From: Acidimicrobiales bacterium | Lineage (GTDB): Bacteria > Actinomycetota > Acidimicrobiia > Acidimicrobiales > Aldehydirespiratoraceae | Assembly: GCA_965116865.1 (NCBI GenBank) | Contig: OZ220727.1 | Span: 173,333-237,332, forward strand | DNA length: 64,000 bases | Direction of reading: 5' to 3' | In this document: piece after piece, positions 1-8,972 of the stretch | How positions within the stretch are numbered: position 1 is the stretch's first letter | Layout of the letters: each line of letters opens with the position of its first letter | Program-made: the position numbers and the translations under genes | The notes under the pieces: model-generated | The model's database searches: none | What the model was told of the DNA's origin: nothing | Seen by the model: the letters and a program-made list of their open reading frames with translations, nothing else

Positions 1-1484
1 TCGACTCCAGTACGGTCGTGGCGAAGAACCGCAGCGAGGTCGATCCGCTGAAGCAGCTTCTTCGTCACCGGCCGTTTGGCGTCGGCGAACAGCAAAGACT
101 TGAGGAGGAGGGTTGTGGCATCACTCGTCAGCGCACTGAGAAGGATGGCTGCCTCGGCCGCTGATTCGCACGGCAAGAAGTACGACGTGTCGTCGAATAG
201 GACGGGCCGGCCCTCGCTTGGACCTACCAGCCGGAACCTAGGGGCTTTGTGGAGGCCCGAGACTGCGACCTTCCATGGTGCGAATGTGTAGGGCCCGATG
301 CCGAACATTGAGAAGGCTGCTCGGTTTCGGTAGATCGACGACTTGCGGGCAGCGAACCGCTCCGCGTGGGCCTGCAGGTAGCTCCAGAGCCTAGGTGCTG
401 TGTGTCGGAGGCTCCTGGTCTCATCTGCCAGCGACCGCTGAGTCACGATCACGTGGCGTTCCGGGGCTCGACCCGCGTTCACATCGGAGCCCTTGAGGAG
501 TGGATACACCCAGTCGTGTTCGACCTCGACGGCCTCGCCGAGCGCGTTGTGGAGTTTGCCACCCTCGTCAGCGCGAAGCTCCATGACGGCTGCCAAGTCG
601 TGCTTGACGCCTTGCCGCCACTCGACTGGCGACAATCCGTCATATTGTCGAGACGCCGCGTGAGCATCCACATCGGCAACAAGTGCACCCTCCACCAATC
701 CCATGGTGCTCGTCGGACAGCTTGCATCTAGTGACTCGAAGACCTGGCATCGGTAGTTGTGGCTAGATCCATCGAGCCGAACAGCGAAGAGGCAGGCGTC
801 GACTGCTACCCCGAACGCCTTCTTCGCGTCGATGCGCCACAGGAACGAATCAGCCACGTGTAGATCTAGATGGGCTGCCAGCGTGAGAACCCTACGTGCG
901 ACGGAAGTCTTGCAAAGGAGCGCGACCGTCGGCTCCTCCCGACGCAACTCCGTGAGTAGCCGCATCCAGATGTACTCGGCGACATCGAAGTTTGACTCAC
1001 CCGTAAGCGCATCGATCCCCCGCACGGAACGCAGGTTCCTGCGGTCGGGGATATGGACTGAGTCCATCGCGCCGAGCTCAGACAACGTAACCCATGGCGG
1101 ATTCCCGAGGACTAGCAGTGGCCCATCCATCGCCCACCGGAGCTTGCCCAAGTCGTGCCGGAACATATCGCCAACCTCAACTCGCCACGCCACGTCTCTG
1201 GTGACCGAGCAGTTGAGAAGGCGGCGCGCGACGTCGGCATGGATTGGTTGTATCTCTACTCCTAGCATTTCGATGGACGGCTCTAGGACCGAGGCCGCGG
1301 CGAGCATGAAGCTCCCCTCACCGCACGTCGGTTCCAGCACCCGGCGCGTTCCACGCTGGATCGTCGCTAGGACTTGAGCGCACTCGACTGCAAGCTCCCG
1401 AGGCGTCTGGAAGTCGCCGAGTTCCTTACGAGACAAGGTCGTGGACACCGTCGACCCCTCCCGCGTTCGTGATTGCGTGGCCAT
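1..1484 (-). CDS. Type II N6-adenine DNA methyltransferase (TaqI/Eco57I-like); 3' end runs off the window
   Basis: Minus-strand frame is open from ATG 1484 to the window edge. It is absent from the ORF track because there is no in-window stop. Own translation gives LGDFQTPRELA...EPTCGEGSFML (SAM motif I) and LVLGNPPWV (NPPW motif IV), then a long target-recognition-like region. The start overlaps the REase 3' end by 59 nt. Confidence 0.75.
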   Translation of the reverse strand, partial: MATQSRTREGSTVSTTLSRKELGDFQTPRELAVECAQVLATIQRGTRRVLEPTCGEGSFMLAAASVLEPSIEMLGVEIQPIHADVARRLLNCSVTRDVAWRVEVGDMFRHDLGKLRWAMDGPLLVLGNPPWVTLSELGAMDSVHIPDRRNLRSVRGIDALTGESNFDVAEYIWMRLLTELRREEPTVALLCKTSVARRVLTLAAHLDLHVADSFLWRIDAKKAFGVAVDACLFAVRLDGSSHNYRCQVFESLDASCPTSTMGLVEGALVADVDAHAASRQYDGLSPVEWRQGVKHDLAAVMELRADEGGKLHNALGEAVEVEHDWVYPLLKGSDVNAGRAPERHVIVTQRSLADETRSLRHTAPRLWSYLQAHAERFAARKSSIYRNRAAFSMFGIGPYTFAPWKVAVSGLHKAPRFRLVGPSEGRPVLFDDTSYFLPCESAAEAAILLSALTSDATTLLLKSLLFADAKRPVTKKLLQRIDLAAVLRHDRTGV

Positions 1485-2082
1485 ACTGAAGCCTCCACTG
1501 AAGGGCATTGCTGATCGTGATGTAGCCCTGTGTCGGGGGGTCGCCGAGAACTCGCTCGGCCAAGGCCATGCGACCAATCTCGTCTAGCGGCAGATTTCGG
1601 TCCTCCATGAAGGCAACGAGGTCGTCGGCATTCCCACCGCGATCGAGGATCTCGCGGATTCCCCTCGTCGTCTGGTAGTCGCCGGTTCTCGACCGGTCGA
1701 TGAACAGCGCGTGGCGAACATCGATCGCCGCAGACTGGGTCTCGTGGGTGTCGGTCTTCTCGTACACGAACACCAGTAGGCCGTAGCCCAGCCCGAAGAT
1801 CTTTTGCGACGCGTCCCGGAACGATCACGATGACTGCGGCTGTTTGACAAATGTCGCTTTGAGATCAACCTCCAGTTCCGGGAAGTCGATTCTCCGAGCG
1901 GCGTTGCCAGGCTCATACGCGTACCGCTCTGCGAGGAACTCGTTGAAGCTTAACTCGACCCAGGTGCCCAGGGCCTTGCCGTCTGTTGTGCCGAATAGCT
2001 CGGGGATCGGCGTGTCACGAAGCGACTCGGCGAACTCTGCAGCCGCGGCCTTCAAGCCATTGAGATCGAGTGAGTTCGACAT
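1426..2082 (-). pseudogene. Type II restriction endonuclease-like gene interrupted by one in-frame TGA (1825-1827)
   Basis: ORF 1825..2424(-), read from ATG 2082, and ORF 1426..1773(-) are in the same frame and separated only by TGA (...KQPQSS*SFRDASQKIFGLGYGLLVFVYEK...). IDFPELEVDLK fits a PD-(D/E)xK core. The gene lies directly upstream of the methyltransferase. Confidence 0.55.
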
Positions 2083-2098
2083 CGCCCCACCGTATAGC

Positions 2099-3118
2099 GG
2101 TGTTTCGCGTTTGAGGTCAGAGTGGAGGCGGTAGGGGTCCCCGTCTGAACGCGAGGGATCCCCCAGAATCGGCGCTTCCGAACAGCCGGGATCTGGAGGA
2201 TCCCTGTGGAGTGCGACCCTACGCGCGCGTGTGTGAGCTGCTGGTGGGGCTGGGCGATGTCGAGGTGCTCGGCGTCGACGACGAGGCGGGCGCGCCGTTG
2301 CGGATGCACATCCGCGGCCGGGCTGTGTGGGCTGTGGCGGAGCGTTGTGGTCTGACGGCGAGCGGGCGGTGGAGTTGGTGGACCTGGCGGTGTTCGGCCG
2401 GCCCGTTCGGCTGGTGTGGCACAAGCGCCGCTGGCGCTGCTGGGACCCCGACTGCGCGGCGGGGACCGTGACCGAGCAGGACCCCTGGGCGGTGCTGGAC
2501 CTCTCAGGCCCCTACCGGGCCGCGTTCGGCGCAGCAGTGCCCCACGCCGGCCAGGCGGCGGACCCGTTCCACGTCGTGCGGTTGGGCAACGACGCCGTCG
2601 ACGAGGTCCGCCGCAGAGTGCACCAGCAGACCCTCGGGCACCGCGGCCGCAAGCACGACCCCCTGTATCGGGCCCGCAAGCTGCCGGTGTCCGCGTCCGA
2701 GAAGATCACCGACTCAGGCCGCGTCCGGCTGCGGGGCCTGCTCGACGCAGGAGACCCCCACGGCGAGGTCCGTGACGCCTGGCACCGCTGAAGAGACCCT
2801 CCGCTCGATCTATGGCATCGACGAGACCGAACTCGGCGCAGCCACCGTCACCCGCCTCGCCCAGGACCTCCAAGACCCCGGCCTGCCGCCGGAGATCAAC
2901 CGGCTCGGCCGCACCATCGAGCGCTGGCGCACCCAGATCGCCAACTGGCACACCGCCAAAGTCACCAACACCGCTGCCGAAGCCGCCAACAACCTCGTCA
3001 AACGCGCCGCCTTCGGGCACTGACTTCGCCAACTACCGCATCCGCGCCCTGCTCTACGCCGACAGACCCAACTGGGCACTGCTCGACACCCTCACCCCGA
3101 CCTGAAACGCGGAGAGCC
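2099..3118 (+). mobile_element. ISL3-family IS, type A, copy 1 (internally deleted, about 1.0 kb versus 1.4 kb)
   Basis: Left end GGTGTTTCGCGTTTGAGGTCAGAGTGGAGG and right end (rc) GGCTCTCCGCGTTTCAGGTCGGGGTGAGGG form terminal inverted repeats. Transposase remnants (ORFs 2211-3105) jump from ...TEQDP to WAVLDLSGPY compared with full copies. It carries the same CAC-CGC-TGA-A frame break as the other copies. Confidence 0.8.
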
Positions 3119-3182
3119 CCTTTGCGCTTGCTCTATGGAAGCCTCTGCACCCGTGACGTGTCGCGCCGGACCGCTGGATTGA

Positions 3183-4454
3183 TCAGATGCGGTGGGTCGC
3201 GGTTGGGTGCCAGAGTGTGTCGAGGGGTGCGGAGTAGAGGCGGTCTCCTACTTTGAGGCTTCGGGGTCCGGTGTGCAGAAGTACGCCGGCGCGGAAGGCG
3301 TCTGCGGACACGGTGTCGAGGTGGTCGCGCATCCAGGCGAGGTGTTTGAGGTGGTCGGTGCCGGGTGACGCGGTGGATTTGATCTCCACTGCGACGACGG
3401 CGCCGTCGGCGCGTTCGATCACCAGGTCGATTTCGTGGCCTGCGCTGTCGCGGTAGTGGTGCAGGTGCAGCGGCTCGCCGCTGGCTGAGAGCTGGCGTGC
3501 GGTCTCGTTGGCGGCGAAGGTCTCCAGCAGCGTCCCGGTGGCTACCGCGGTGGCCGGCCGTAGAGCTTCGGGATCGACGTTGGTGAGCGCGGCGGCGAGG
3601 CCGGTGTCAGCCAGGTGGAGCTTGGGTCGCTGAACCACTCTGGCAGTGAGGTTGCGGGTCCAGGCGGGCAGTTCGTGCACCAGGAAGACCATGCGCAGCC
3701 AGCCCAGATAGGCCTCCAGCGTGCCGCGGTCGATCGCCAGGCGGCGGCACCAGTCGGCGATGTTGAGCTCGCCGGAGGTGCGGGCTGCGGCCAGTTGCAG
3801 CACGGAGCGCAGGGTGCCGGAGCGCCGCACGTCGGCTAGCGCGGTCACATCGCGGCCCAGCACCGTCTCCGCGTAGCTGTCGAACCACATCCGTCGCGCT
3901 GGCGGGTTCATCTCGACCGCCTCGGGATACCCGCCCGCACAGACCATATCCAGGTAGTCGCCGCGAGTCAGCTGCGAAGCGTCGCCCACTGGTACCCGTC
4001 CCTCGAACCAGTCGGCGAGGCCGCAGCCCGCAGTGTCGTGCATCTCCGCAGCCGACATCGGCCACAGCCGCAGGATGGCGGCCCGTCCGGCCAGCGACTC
4101 GCTGATCGTGGGCACCGACAAGAAGTCGGCGGACCCCGTCAACAGGAAACGGCCGGTCGCCCGGTCGTCGTCGACTGCCATCTTGACGGCGCGGACCAAA
4201 CGGTCCCCGCCGATCTGTATCTCGTCTATGACCATCGGATAGCGCTGTTCGCTCAAGAACGTCACGGGGTCCTCCAGCGCGGCCAGCCGAGTCTGCTCGT
4301 CGTCGAGAGTGGTGTAGGTGCCGCCCCGCTCCGCGGCGACCTGCTTGGCCAGGGTGGTCTTGCCGCTCTGGCGGGCGCCGTGCAGCACCAATACCCGGAA
4401 GGTGTCCAGGGCTTCGCGGAGTCGATGCCCGAGATGGCGCTCCACATGCCTCAC
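3183..4454 (-). CDS. AAA+ ATPase with DUF4143-type C-terminal domain
   Basis: 423-aa ORF with Walker A GARQSGKTTL, Walker B-like MVIDEIQ and the typical AAA_14/DUF4143 layout. Confidence 0.8.
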   Translation of the reverse strand: MRHVERHLGHRLREALDTFRVLVLHGARQSGKTTLAKQVAAERGGTYTTLDDEQTRLAALEDPVTFLSEQRYPMVIDEIQIGGDRLVRAVKMAVDDDRATGRFLLTGSADFLSVPTISESLAGRAAILRLWPMSAAEMHDTAGCGLADWFEGRVPVGDASQLTRGDYLDMVCAGGYPEAVEMNPPARRMWFDSYAETVLGRDVTALADVRRSGTLRSVLQLAAARTSGELNIADWCRRLAIDRGTLEAYLGWLRMVFLVHELPAWTRNLTARVVQRPKLHLADTGLAAALTNVDPEALRPATAVATGTLLETFAANETARQLSASGEPLHLHHYRDSAGHEIDLVIERADGAVVAVEIKSTASPGTDHLKHLAWMRDHLDTVSADAFRAGVLLHTGPRSLKVGDRLYSAPLDTLWHPTATHRI

Positions 4455-4825
4455 GAGATATGCCTCACGAGATTGATCCTACGCTATGACCCAAGATTTG
4501 TGCATAATCTAACCGAAGATTTGTGGTACCGCTAGGCCAAGAAACGGTCAAGTGGCTGGTTGCTGCCGGTCGTTGCGGATGGTTCGCGCCCGCAGGCTGA
4601 GCCCGTATCCACCTCTTCTGTCTCTGCACCTTCCGGACTGGTTGACGGTGCGAACAAGAGGCAGTGGTGAGCGTCTTGGGCCGGTTGGGCCGTATCCCTT
4701 GTGCTATTGCTTCTTGGGCGGAAACTGGCGGTACAAGCCGGTACGCAGCGGAACGCCCCCCGGCTCGTGGCAAGACACGCGCCTGACAGCCACGCCGGGG
4801 GCCGTCCGCCGGCCGTCGTCGAGAT

Positions 4826-5013
4826 CCCGGCCAGTCGGGTCAGGCTCCAGTCCTGGCTCCCGGCCAGTCGGGTCAGGCTCCAGTCCTGGCTCCCGGCCAG
4901 TCGGGTCAGGCTCCAGTCCTGGCTCCCGGCCAGTCGGGTCAGGCTCCAGTCCTGGCTCCCGGCCAGTCGGGTCAGGCTCCAGTCCTGGCTCCCGGCCAGT
5001 CGGGTCAGGCTCC
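4826..5013. repeat. 33-bp perfect tandem repeat, 5.7 copies
   Basis: Unit CCCGGCCAGTCGGGTCAGGCTCCAGTCCTGGCT starts at 4826, 4859, 4892, 4925, 4958 and 4991. The last copy contains the hydrolase stop codon (5005-5007). Confidence 0.95.
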
Positions 5014-5778
5014 CGTCAGCCAGTCGAGGACGGTCCTGATCATCTCGTCGGAGTGTCGGCGGTCGCTGAAGAGATGGTCGGCGCCGTCGACGGTGTGAAG
5101 GGTGGCCGAACCGGCCCGGGCCAGCGCCTCGGTCTGGTCGCGGCCCACCACGGCATCGGCTCCGGCCTGAATCACCAGCATGGGCCGGCCCAGGGCGGCC
5201 GCGGCCGCGGCCACATCGTGTCGGTGCAGGTCGTCGAGGAAGTCCCGGCCCACCCTCACCGGCCTGGACCCGATCCTCACCTCCCCCGAGCCCTCGGCTC
5301 GGATCTGTTCGAGAGCGGCGTCGTCGAAGAGGTGCTCCACATGGGCCGCTGACGCCGGGGAGGCCACCGCCACCACACGGGACACGGTGTGCAGGCGGGA
5401 CGCGGCCAGCACCGCGGCGGCCCCGCCGAGGCTGTGCCCGACCAGCACGCAGGGCCCGGCCCCGCGCCGGATCAGGGCCACAGCGGCCGCGGTGATGTCG
5501 CTGACGTTGGTGGCTACGGTGGTGTCGGCCAGGTCGCCGCCGCTCTCGCCCAGGCCGGTGAAGTCGAAGGCCAGGGTCAGGTAGCCGCCCGCGGCGAGGC
5601 CCTTGGCGATTCGGGTGGTGGTGAACAGGTCCTTGGAGCAGGTGAAGCAGTGGCACAGCAGCGCCGCTCCTGCCACCGCAGTGCCGTCGCCTGGCCTATG
5701 GAGGCTGGCTGCCAGCCTGGCTCCCGCCCCTCCGGCGAATTCGATGCGTTCCGTGGCGGGCGGGGAGGTCACCGGCAC
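5005..5778 (-). CDS. alpha/beta-fold hydrolase
   Basis: 257-aa ORF with nucleophile elbow GHSLGG and typical alpha/beta hydrolase spacing. Confidence 0.8.
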   Translation of the reverse strand: MPVTSPPATERIEFAGGAGARLAASLHRPGDGTAVAGAALLCHCFTCSKDLFTTTRIAKGLAAGGYLTLAFDFTGLGESGGDLADTTVATNVSDITAAAVALIRRGAGPCVLVGHSLGGAAAVLAASRLHTVSRVVAVASPASAAHVEHLFDDAALEQIRAEGSGEVRIGSRPVRVGRDFLDDLHRHDVAAAAAALGRPMLVIQAGADAVVGRDQTEALARAGSATLHTVDGADHLFSDRRHSDEMIRTVLDWLTGA

Positions 5779-5864
5779 CCTCGCGAGGGTGGCTCCAGCG
5801 ACGGCGCGGGTGACGGGCGCCAGGTGGCGGGCGGGGAGGTCATAGGCACCTTCGCGAGGCGGTA

Positions 5865-8168
5865 ATGTCTTGGTGCATGAGACTCCTTCCCAGGCCTGTG
5901 GCTCTCGCTTGGTCGGCCATGGCTGTGCTGTTGCTGTTGCTGGCTGCGTGCTCGGACGGCCAGAGTACCGACGGTCCGGACGCAGTCGACGGTGCCGTGC
6001 CGGACGATGGTGCGGCCGGGGATGCTGCGCCGGTCGACGGTGCCGTGCCGGACGATGGTGCGGCCGGGGATGCTGCGCCGGTCGACGGTGCCGTGCCGGA
6101 CGATGGTGCGGCCGGGGATGCTGCGCCGGTCGACGGTGCCGTGCCGGACGATGGTGCGGCCGGGGATGCTGCGCCGGTCGACGGTGCCGTGCCGGACGAT
6201 GGTGCGGCCGGGGATGCTGCGCCGGTCGACGGTGCCGTGCCGGACGATGGTGCGGCCGGGGATGCTGCGCCGGTCGACGGTGCCGTGCCGGACGATGGTG
6301 CGGCCGGGGATGCTGCGCCGGTCGACGGTGCCGTGCCGGACGATGGTGCGGCCGGGGATGCTGCGCCGGTCGACGGCGCCGACGATACGGCCTACGGGGC
6401 TGAGCCGGCGGAGGTTGACGAGGATGCCGACGAGCCCGACGAGGATGCCGCGTCCGGCGACGTCTCGACCGTGGACCGACTGAAGCTCAACGCCGAGCGG
6501 TTCGAGTACGCCATCGGCACGCACGGGGGCGCGCTCACCGTCAACACCATCTCCGAACCGCTCACCTTCAACCTGGCCGTCGCCAACGACGCATCGTCCT
6601 CGGACGTGCTCGGGCACCTTTTCGAGGGGCTGACCCAGACCTCATGGCTGACCGACGAGGTGGAGCCCTTACTGGCCGAGTCCTGGGAGCGCTCCGACGA
6701 CGGCATGACCTGGACGTTCCATCTGCGCCGCGACGTGGCCTGGCACGACGGCGAGCCCTTCACCGCCCACGACGTGGACTTCACCTTCAACCGGATCGTC
6801 TACAACGACGACATCTCCGCCAGCAGCCGCTCGACCTTCGAGTTCCGGCACCTGGACGGGTCGGGGGCCTGGCAGGAGAGCCCCATGGCCGTGTCGGCGA
6901 TCGGCGACCACACCGTCGAGTTCACCCTGCCCGTGCGGTTCGCCCCGTTCCTCCGGTCTATGGGAACTGCCATCTATCCGCGGCACGTCCTCGAGCAGCA
7001 TGTCGAGGACGGCACCTTCGCTGACGTTTGGGGAACAGACACCGACCCGGCCGAGATCGTCGGCACCGGCCCCTTCACGATCGCCGACTACGAGCCCGGC
7101 CGGCAGCTGGTCCTGGCCCGCAACCCCGACTACTGGCTGACCGATGCCGACGGCAACCGGCTTCCGTACCTGGACCGGATCGTCCACAACATCGTCGAGG
7201 ACGTCGAAGCTGAGCTGGACGGCTTCCTGGCGGGCGAGTCCGACGTGCACGGCGTGCTGGGCAAGGAGTACGCGCAGATCGAGCCACGGCAGGACGAGGG
7301 CGACTTCACGATCCACCGGCGCGGGCCGAACTTCGGCTCGACGTTCCTCACCTTCAACGCCAACCCCGGAGCGAATCCCGACACCGGGGAGCCGTACGTC
7401 GCGGCCCACAAGCTGGACTGGTTCAGCAACGTCCAGTTCCGCCAGGCCGTGGCCCACAGCATCGACAAGGGCGCCATCATCGACGACGTCCAGCACGGCC
7501 TCGGCTATGCGCAGTGGTCCTCGGTGAGCCCCTCGGCCGGCGACTTCCACAATCCCGACGTCAGGCGCTATCCATACGACCCCGACAAGGCCAACGCGAT
7601 CCTCGACAGCCTGGGCTGGGTCGACACCGACGGCGACGGCATCCGGGAGGACTCCGACGGCAACGACATCGAGTTCAGGCTCGTCACCAACGCGGGCAAC
7701 ACCGTGCGCGAGGCGGTCGCCGAGATCATCCACGAGGGGATGGAGGCCGTCGGGCTCGCAGTGGACTACGAGGCGATCGACTTCGCCGAGATCGTCAGCG
7801 GGCTCACCAGCACGTACGACTGGGAGGCGGTCGTGATCGGGCTGACCGGCGGCGCGGATCCGTACAGCGGGATCGACGTCTGGCACAGCACCGGCGACCT
7901 GCACATGTGGTACCCCAACCAGCCTGTGCCGGCCACCAGCTGGGAGGCCGAGATCGACGCGATGTACATATTCGGAAGCCAGGAACTCGACCATGCCCGG
8001 CGGGTGCGGTACTACCTGAACGCCCAGGAGATAGCGGCCGACAACGTGCCCCTCATCTACACGACGCTGGCCGAGCGGCTTACCGCGACTCGCAACGTGT
8101 TCGGCAACACCACGCCCACCCTGTACGGGATCTGGGACGTCCGCTACCTCTACCGGACCGACCAGTAG
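5865..8168 (+). CDS. ABC transporter substrate-binding lipoprotein, family 5 (peptide/nickel type)
   Basis: 767-aa ORF. Signal peptide with lipobox LLLAAC. The mature part resembles DppA/OppA-type binding proteins (WHDGEPFTAHDVDFTF, NPDYW). No adjacent permease genes. Confidence 0.85.
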   Translation: MSWCMRLLPRPVALAWSAMAVLLLLLAACSDGQSTDGPDAVDGAVPDDGAAGDAAPVDGAVPDDGAAGDAAPVDGAVPDDGAAGDAAPVDGAVPDDGAAGDAAPVDGAVPDDGAAGDAAPVDGAVPDDGAAGDAAPVDGAVPDDGAAGDAAPVDGAVPDDGAAGDAAPVDGADDTAYGAEPAEVDEDADEPDEDAASGDVSTVDRLKLNAERFEYAIGTHGGALTVNTISEPLTFNLAVANDASSSDVLGHLFEGLTQTSWLTDEVEPLLAESWERSDDGMTWTFHLRRDVAWHDGEPFTAHDVDFTFNRIVYNDDISASSRSTFEFRHLDGSGAWQESPMAVSAIGDHTVEFTLPVRFAPFLRSMGTAIYPRHVLEQHVEDGTFADVWGTDTDPAEIVGTGPFTIADYEPGRQLVLARNPDYWLTDADGNRLPYLDRIVHNIVEDVEAELDGFLAGESDVHGVLGKEYAQIEPRQDEGDFTIHRRGPNFGSTFLTFNANPGANPDTGEPYVAAHKLDWFSNVQFRQAVAHSIDKGAIIDDVQHGLGYAQWSSVSPSAGDFHNPDVRRYPYDPDKANAILDSLGWVDTDGDGIREDSDGNDIEFRLVTNAGNTVREAVAEIIHEGMEAVGLAVDYEAIDFAEIVSGLTSTYDWEAVVIGLTGGADPYSGIDVWHSTGDLHMWYPNQPVPATSWEAEIDAMYIFGSQELDHARRVRYYLNAQEIAADNVPLIYTTLAERLTATRNVFGNTTPTLYGIWDVRYLYRTDQ
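5985..6376 (+). repeat. 48-bp in-frame tandem repeat, 8 copies, inside the binding-protein gene
   Basis: Unit GTCGACGGTGCCGTGCCGGACGATGGTGCGGCCGGGGATGCTGCGCCG repeats every 48 bp from 5985. It encodes (V)DGAVPDDGAAGDAAP x8 just after the lipobox. Confidence 0.95.
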
Positions 8169-8194
8169 CCGAGCCCCGGAAGCGTTCATCGACG

Positions 8195-8344
8195 CTCGCC
8201 CCCCTGCACGGATGGACGGCGAACCTTGGCCGGGATCGGGAGGGGGCGGTCGAACCTCGCCCCCCTGCACGGATGGACGGCGAACCTTGGCCGGGATCGG
8301 GAGGGGGCGGTCGAACCTCGCCCCCCTGCACGGATGTACGGCGA
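8195..8344. repeat. 61-bp tandem repeat, about 2.5 copies
   Basis: Units start at 8195, 8256 and 8317 (CTCGCCCCCCTGCACGGATGGACGGCGAACCTTGGCCGGGATCGGGAGGGGGCGGTCGAAC), immediately 3' of the binding-protein stop (8168). Confidence 0.9.
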
Positions 8345-8727
8345 CGCTGACGACGACGTCGAGTTGCCGCCGGAAGCGTTCATCGACGCTCGCCCCCGTG
8401 CACGGCGCCCGCTGAGACGCGGAGGGGCGGCTCCGCAGGGGTTCGTCCCGCCTTCCGAAAAAATCTGTGACAAGAATGTGACAAACCCGTGACGACGGTG
8501 TAACCTAGTTGCCAGTACCCGGGTCCAAACGACACGATCCGCAGGAACCGGGTCGATAATCCCCCCCTCCAGGGACCGTACGGAGCCCGCTGGCTCAGCG
8601 CTGGCGGGCTCCGGCGCGTCGCGCGGCCGAGGGGCCGAGCGAACGGGCGCAGCGAAGCGGCCCGTGCGGGCGGGGCCGTGGCTCGCGCGGCCCGCGAGCG
8701 CAGCGAACAACAGCGGGAGTGGCACCT

Positions 8728-8905
8728 CTGCGACTCATCGGGTTCGCACCTGTCCGCGCGTGAGGTGATCCGTTAGTGTCGGCTGCACGAGATCGGCGCC
8801 TGCGACTCATCGGGTTCGCACCTGTCCGCGCGTGAGGTGATCCGTTAGTGTCGGCTGCACGAGATCGGCGCCTGCGACTCATCGGGTTCGCACCTGTCTG
8901 CGCGT
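8728..8905. repeat. 72-bp tandem repeat, about 2.5 copies
   Basis: Units start at 8728, 8800 and 8872 (CTGCGACTCATCGGGTTCGCACCTGTCCGCGCGTGAGGTGATCCGTTAGTGTCGGCTGCACGAGATCGGCGC), about 70 bp upstream of the ligase start. Confidence 0.9.
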
Positions 8906-8972
8906 GCTCTGGGTGCCGCGTCCCCGCGGCGCGTTACGATGCATCACTGTTCCAACCACCGGAGCGACCCGC

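Noticed and set aside
1825-1827. TGA in the restriction-endonuclease-like gene considered as a second selenocysteine codon
   Set aside because: The position is not in a recognisable redox motif, restriction enzymes are not known selenoproteins, and an IS end next to the gene start supports decay. Treated as a nonsense mutation.
2211-3105. Calling the ISL3-A copy 1 ORFs as functional transposase genes
   Set aside because: Compared with copies 2-4 it lacks ~170 codons of the catalytic region and has additional frame changes. It is annotated only as a deleted IS remnant.
6669-8270. 533-aa minus-strand ORF inside the ABC binding-protein gene (also 5769..6617 and 4532..5656, minus)
   Set aside because: These are antisense or alternate frames of well-supported genes or of tandem repeats. 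They show no motifs, and the repeat-driven periodic peptides are artefacts.
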